Of a stretch of DNA of 64,000 nucleotides, positions 60,401 through 64,000 are shown in pieces (position 1 is the stretch's first letter; every line of letters starts with the position of its first letter). The stretch comes from Squalus acanthias (lineage: Eukaryota). The position numbers were made by a program, and so were the translations under genes. Below the pieces are notes generated by a model that saw only the letters and a list, made by a program, of their open reading frames with translations, did no database searches and was not told the origin of the DNA. The DNA lies in the NCBI GenBank assembly GCA_030390025.1, contig CM059431.1:158350001-158414000 (forward strand). Reading direction: 5' to 3'.

Positions 60401-63400
60401 GGTGTCGGTGTTGGCTGGGTCAGTGGGGTGTCGGTGTTGTGCTGGGTCAGTATGGTGTCGGTGTGGGGCTCGGTAAGTGAGTTGTCGGTGTTGGGCTGGT
60501 TCAGTGGGGTGTCGGTGTTGGACTGGGTCAGTGTGGTGTCGGTGTTGGGCTGGGTCAGTGTGGTGTCGGTGTTGGTCTGGGTCAGTGGGTTGTCGGTGTA
60601 GGGCTGGGTCAATATGGTATCGCTGTTGGTCTGTGTCAGTGTGGTGTCGGTGTTGGTCTGTGTCAGTGTGGTGTCGGTGTTGGTCTGGGTCAGTGGGTTG
60701 CCGGTGTACGGCTGGGTCAATGTGGTGTCGGTGTTGGTCTGGGTCAGTGGGGTGTCGGTGTTCGGCTGGGTCAGTGGATTTTCAGTGTTGGGCTGGGTCA
60801 GTGGGGTGTCGGTGTTGGGCTGGGTCAGTGGGTTGTCGGTGTTGGGACAGTGTGGTGTCGTTGTTGGGTCAGTGGGTTGTCGGTGATGGTCTGGGTCAGT
60901 GAGGGTGTCGGTGTTCGGCTGGGTCAGTGGGGTTTCAGTGTTGGGCTGGGTCAGTGGTGTGTCGTTGTTGGGCTGTGTCAGTGGGGTTCGGTGTAGCGCT
61001 GGGTCAGTGTGTTGTCGGTGTTGGGCTGGGTCAGTGGGGTGTAGGTGTTGGTCTGGTTCAGTGAGGGTGTCGGTGTTTGGTCAGTGGGGTGTCGGTGTAG
61101 GACTGGGTCAGTAGGGTGTCGGTGTTCGGTCAGCGGGGTACCGGGTTTGGGTCATTGGGGTGTCGATGTTGGGCTGGGCCAGTGGGGTGCCTGTTTAGGG
61201 CTGGGTCAGTTGGGTGTCGGCGTTTGGCTGGGTCAGTTGGTGTCGGTGTCGGGCTTGTTCTGAGAGGATGTCGGATTTGGCCTTGGTAACTCGAGTTTCA
61301 GTGTATGGCTGTGTCAATGGGTTTTGGTGTTGGGCTGGGTCAGTGTGGTGTCGGTGTCGGACTGGATCAGAGATGATGTCGGTTTCGTTCTCGGTAAGTG
61401 GATTGTCTGTGTTGGGCTCGGTCAGTTGTGTGTCGGGTTGGCGCCGAGTCAGTGGGTGTCGGTGTTGGGATTTGTCAGTGTGGTGTCGGTGTTGGGTCAA
61501 TGAGGCTGATGATGTTGGGACTGGGTCAGTGGGGTGTCGCTGTTGAGCTGGGACAGTGGGGTGTCGGTATAGGACTGAGTCAGTGGGGTGTCGGTGTAAG
61601 ACTGCGTCAGTGTGGTGTCGGTGTTGGGCTGGGTCAGTGGGGTGTCGGTGTTGTGTTTGTGTTGCTCAGTTGGGTTTCAGTGTTGGGCTGTGTCAGTGGG
61701 GTGTCGTTTTGGGCTGGCTCAGTGGGTTCTCGTTCTATGTCTGCGTCGGTGGGGTTTCGGTGTAGAGCTGGGTCAGTGGGGTATCTGTGTTAGCCTGGGT
61801 AAGTGGAGTGTCGCTGTCCGGCTAGTGAGGGATTCGGTGTCGGGCTGGGTCATTGGGCTATCGGTTTTGCTCTGTGTTAGTGATGTTTCGGTGTACGGCT
61901 GTCTCAGTGGGCTGCCGTTGTAGGTCTGTGTCACTGGGCTGTCGGTCTTTGGGTAAGGTGAGTGGGGTATCGCTGGTGGGTCAGTGAGGTTCTCGGTGTT
62001 GGGCTTGGTCAGTGGGGTGTCAGTGTAGGGCTGGGTCAGTGTGCTGTCGGCTGGTTGCCGGTTCAGTGAATGTCGGTGTTTTGCTGGATCAGTGTGGTGT
62101 CGGAGTTTGGCTGGGTCAGTGTGCTGTCGGTGTTGGGCTGGGTAGGTGGGGTGCCGGTGTCGGGTTGGGTCAGAGAGGATGTCGGTTTTGGCCTGGGTAA
62201 GTGGTGTGTCTGTGTAAGCCTGGGTCAGTGTGTTTTCGGGTTGTTGCCGGGTCAGTGGATTTCGGTGTTTTGCTGGGTCAGTGAAGTTGTCGGTGTTGGG
62301 CTGGGTCAGTCAGTTGTCGGTGTTGGGCTGGGTCAGTGGGGTGTCGGTGTTGGCTGGGTCAGTGGGGTGTCGGTGTTGTGCTGGGTCAGTATGGTGTCGG
62401 TGTGGGGCTCGGTAAGTGAGTTGTCGGTGTTGGGCTGGGTCAGTGGGGTGTCGGTGTTGGACTGGGTCAGTGTGGTGTCGGTGTTGGGCTTGGTCAGTGT
62501 GGTGTCGGTGTTGGTCTGGGTCAGTGGGTTGTCGGTGTAGGGCTGGGTCAATGTGGTGTCGCTTTTGGTCTGTGTCAGTGTGGTGTCGGTGTTGGTCTGT
62601 GTCAGTGTGGTGTCGGTGTTGGTCTGGGTCAGTGGGTTGCCGGTGTACGGCTGGGTCAATGTGGTGTCGGTGTTGGTCTGGGTCAGTGGGGTGTCGGTGT
62701 TCGGCTGGGTCAGTGGATTTTCAGTGTTGGGCTGGGTCAGTGGGGTGTCGGTGTTGGGCTGGGTCAGTGGGTTGTCGGTGTTGGGACAGTGTGGTGACGT
62801 TGTTGGGTCAGTGGGTTGTCGGTGATGGTCTGGGTCAGTGAGGGTGTCGGTGTTGGGCTGGGTCAGTGGGGTTTCGGTGTTGGGCTGGGTCAGTGGTGTG
62901 TCGTTGTAGGGCTGTGTCAGTGGGGTTCGGTGTAGCGCTGGGTCAGTGTGGTGTCGGTGTTGGGCTGGGTCAGTGGGGTGTAGGTGTTGGTCTGGTTCAG
63001 TGAGGGTGTCGGTGTTTGGTCAGTGGGGTGTCGGTGTAGGACTGGGTCAGTGGGGTGTCGGTGTTGGGTCAGCGGGGTATCGGGTTTGGGTCATTGGGGT
63101 GTCGATGTTGGGCTGGGCCAGTGGGGTGCCTGTGTAGGGCTGGGTCAGTTGGGTGTCGGCGTTTGGCTGGGTCAGTTGGAGTCGGTGTCGGGCTTGGTCA
63201 GAGAGGTTGTCGGATTTGGCCTGGGTAACTCGAGTTTCGGTGTATTGCTGTGTCAATGGGTTTTGGTGTTGGGCTGGGTCAGTGTGGTGTCGGTGTCGGA
63301 CTGGATCAGAGAAGATGTCGGTTTGGTTCTCGGTAAGTGGATTGTCTGTGTTGGGCTCGGTCAGTTGTGTGTCGGGTTGGCGCCGAGTCAGTGGGTGTCG

Positions 63401-64000
63401 GTGTTGGGCTGGGTCAGTGTGGTGTCGGTGTTGGGTCAATGAGGCTGATGATGTTGGGACTGGGTCAGTGGGGTGTCGCTGTTGAGCTGGGACAGTGGGG
63501 TGTCGGTATAGGACTGAGTCAGTGGGGTGTCGGTGTAAGACTGCGTCAGTGTGGTGTCGGTGTTGGGCTGGGTCAGTGGGGTTTCGGTGTTGGGCTGGGT
63601 GAGTGGGGTGTCGGTGTTGGGCTGGGTCTGTATGGTTTCGGTATTGGGCTGCGTCAGTGGGTTTTCGGTTTTGGGCTGGGTGAGTAGGGCTTCGGTGTTG
63701 GGCTGGGTGAGTAGGGTTTCGGTTTTGGGCTGGGTGAGTGGGGTGTCGGTGTTTGGCTGTGTGAGTGGTGTTTCGGTGTTGCGCTCGATCAGTGGGGTTT
63801 CGTTATATGTCTGTGCCTGTGGGATTTCGGTGTGAGGCTGGGTAAGTGGGGTGTTTGTGTTGGACTGGGTCAGTGGGGTGTCGCTGTCTGGCCAGTGAGG
63901 GATGCAGTGTCGGGCTGGGTCATTGGGGTGTCGGTTTTGGGCTGTGTTAGTGCTATTTCTGTGTTCGGGTGTCTCAGTGGGGTGCCGTTGTAGGTTTGTG
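54465..64000. repeat. G/T-rich 27-bp satellite, consensus GGGCTGGGTCAGTGGGGTGTCGGTGTT, with higher-order duplications; runs off the window end
   Basis: Hundreds of diverged 27-mers. The VSGVSVLGW, GQWGVGVGL and TQPNTDTPL ORFs are reading frames of this repeat. Confidence 0.98.

Noticed and set aside
54501..63835. Many ORFs of 60-230 aa (VSGVSVLGW, GQWGVGVGL, TQPNTDTPL repeats)
   Set aside because: By-products of a 27-bp satellite with few stop codons; frequent frame breaks and no gene structure.
54465..64000. CRISPR-like regular repeats
   Set aside because: Contiguous monomers with no unique spacers, no cas genes, and a eukaryotic context.

Overview
Eukaryotic, repeat-dense vertebrate DNA, most likely from a cartilaginous fish (inferred from the CR1, L2 and Penelope family styles and from the NLR-type exons). 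Bases 1-38260 are a head-to-tail tandem array of a ~7.7-kb unit (three full copies plus a truncated fourth). Each unit carries two minus-strand exons (199 and 170 nt) that splice across unit boundaries into one 123-aa module resembling the N-terminal death-fold-like domain of shark NLR proteins, so the array encodes a poly-domain chain. Unit 3 holds a young 12.7-kb endogenous retrovirus (21481-34226). It has 1642-bp LTRs about 99% identical, an ACCT target-site duplication and a tRNA-Arg(TCG) primer site. Gag carries a PSAPPSY late domain, and gag and pol are joined in frame by TGA-CTAG. Pol has a tether plus a second RNase H, and Env has an Ig-like domain ahead of a paramyxo/pneumovirus-F-like fusion region, an architecture matching lokiretroviruses. 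Bases 38260-54460 are nested, decayed LINEs plus a few plus-strand exons of a possible single-pass membrane protein. Bases 54465-64000 are a G-rich 27-bp satellite with higher-order repeats.
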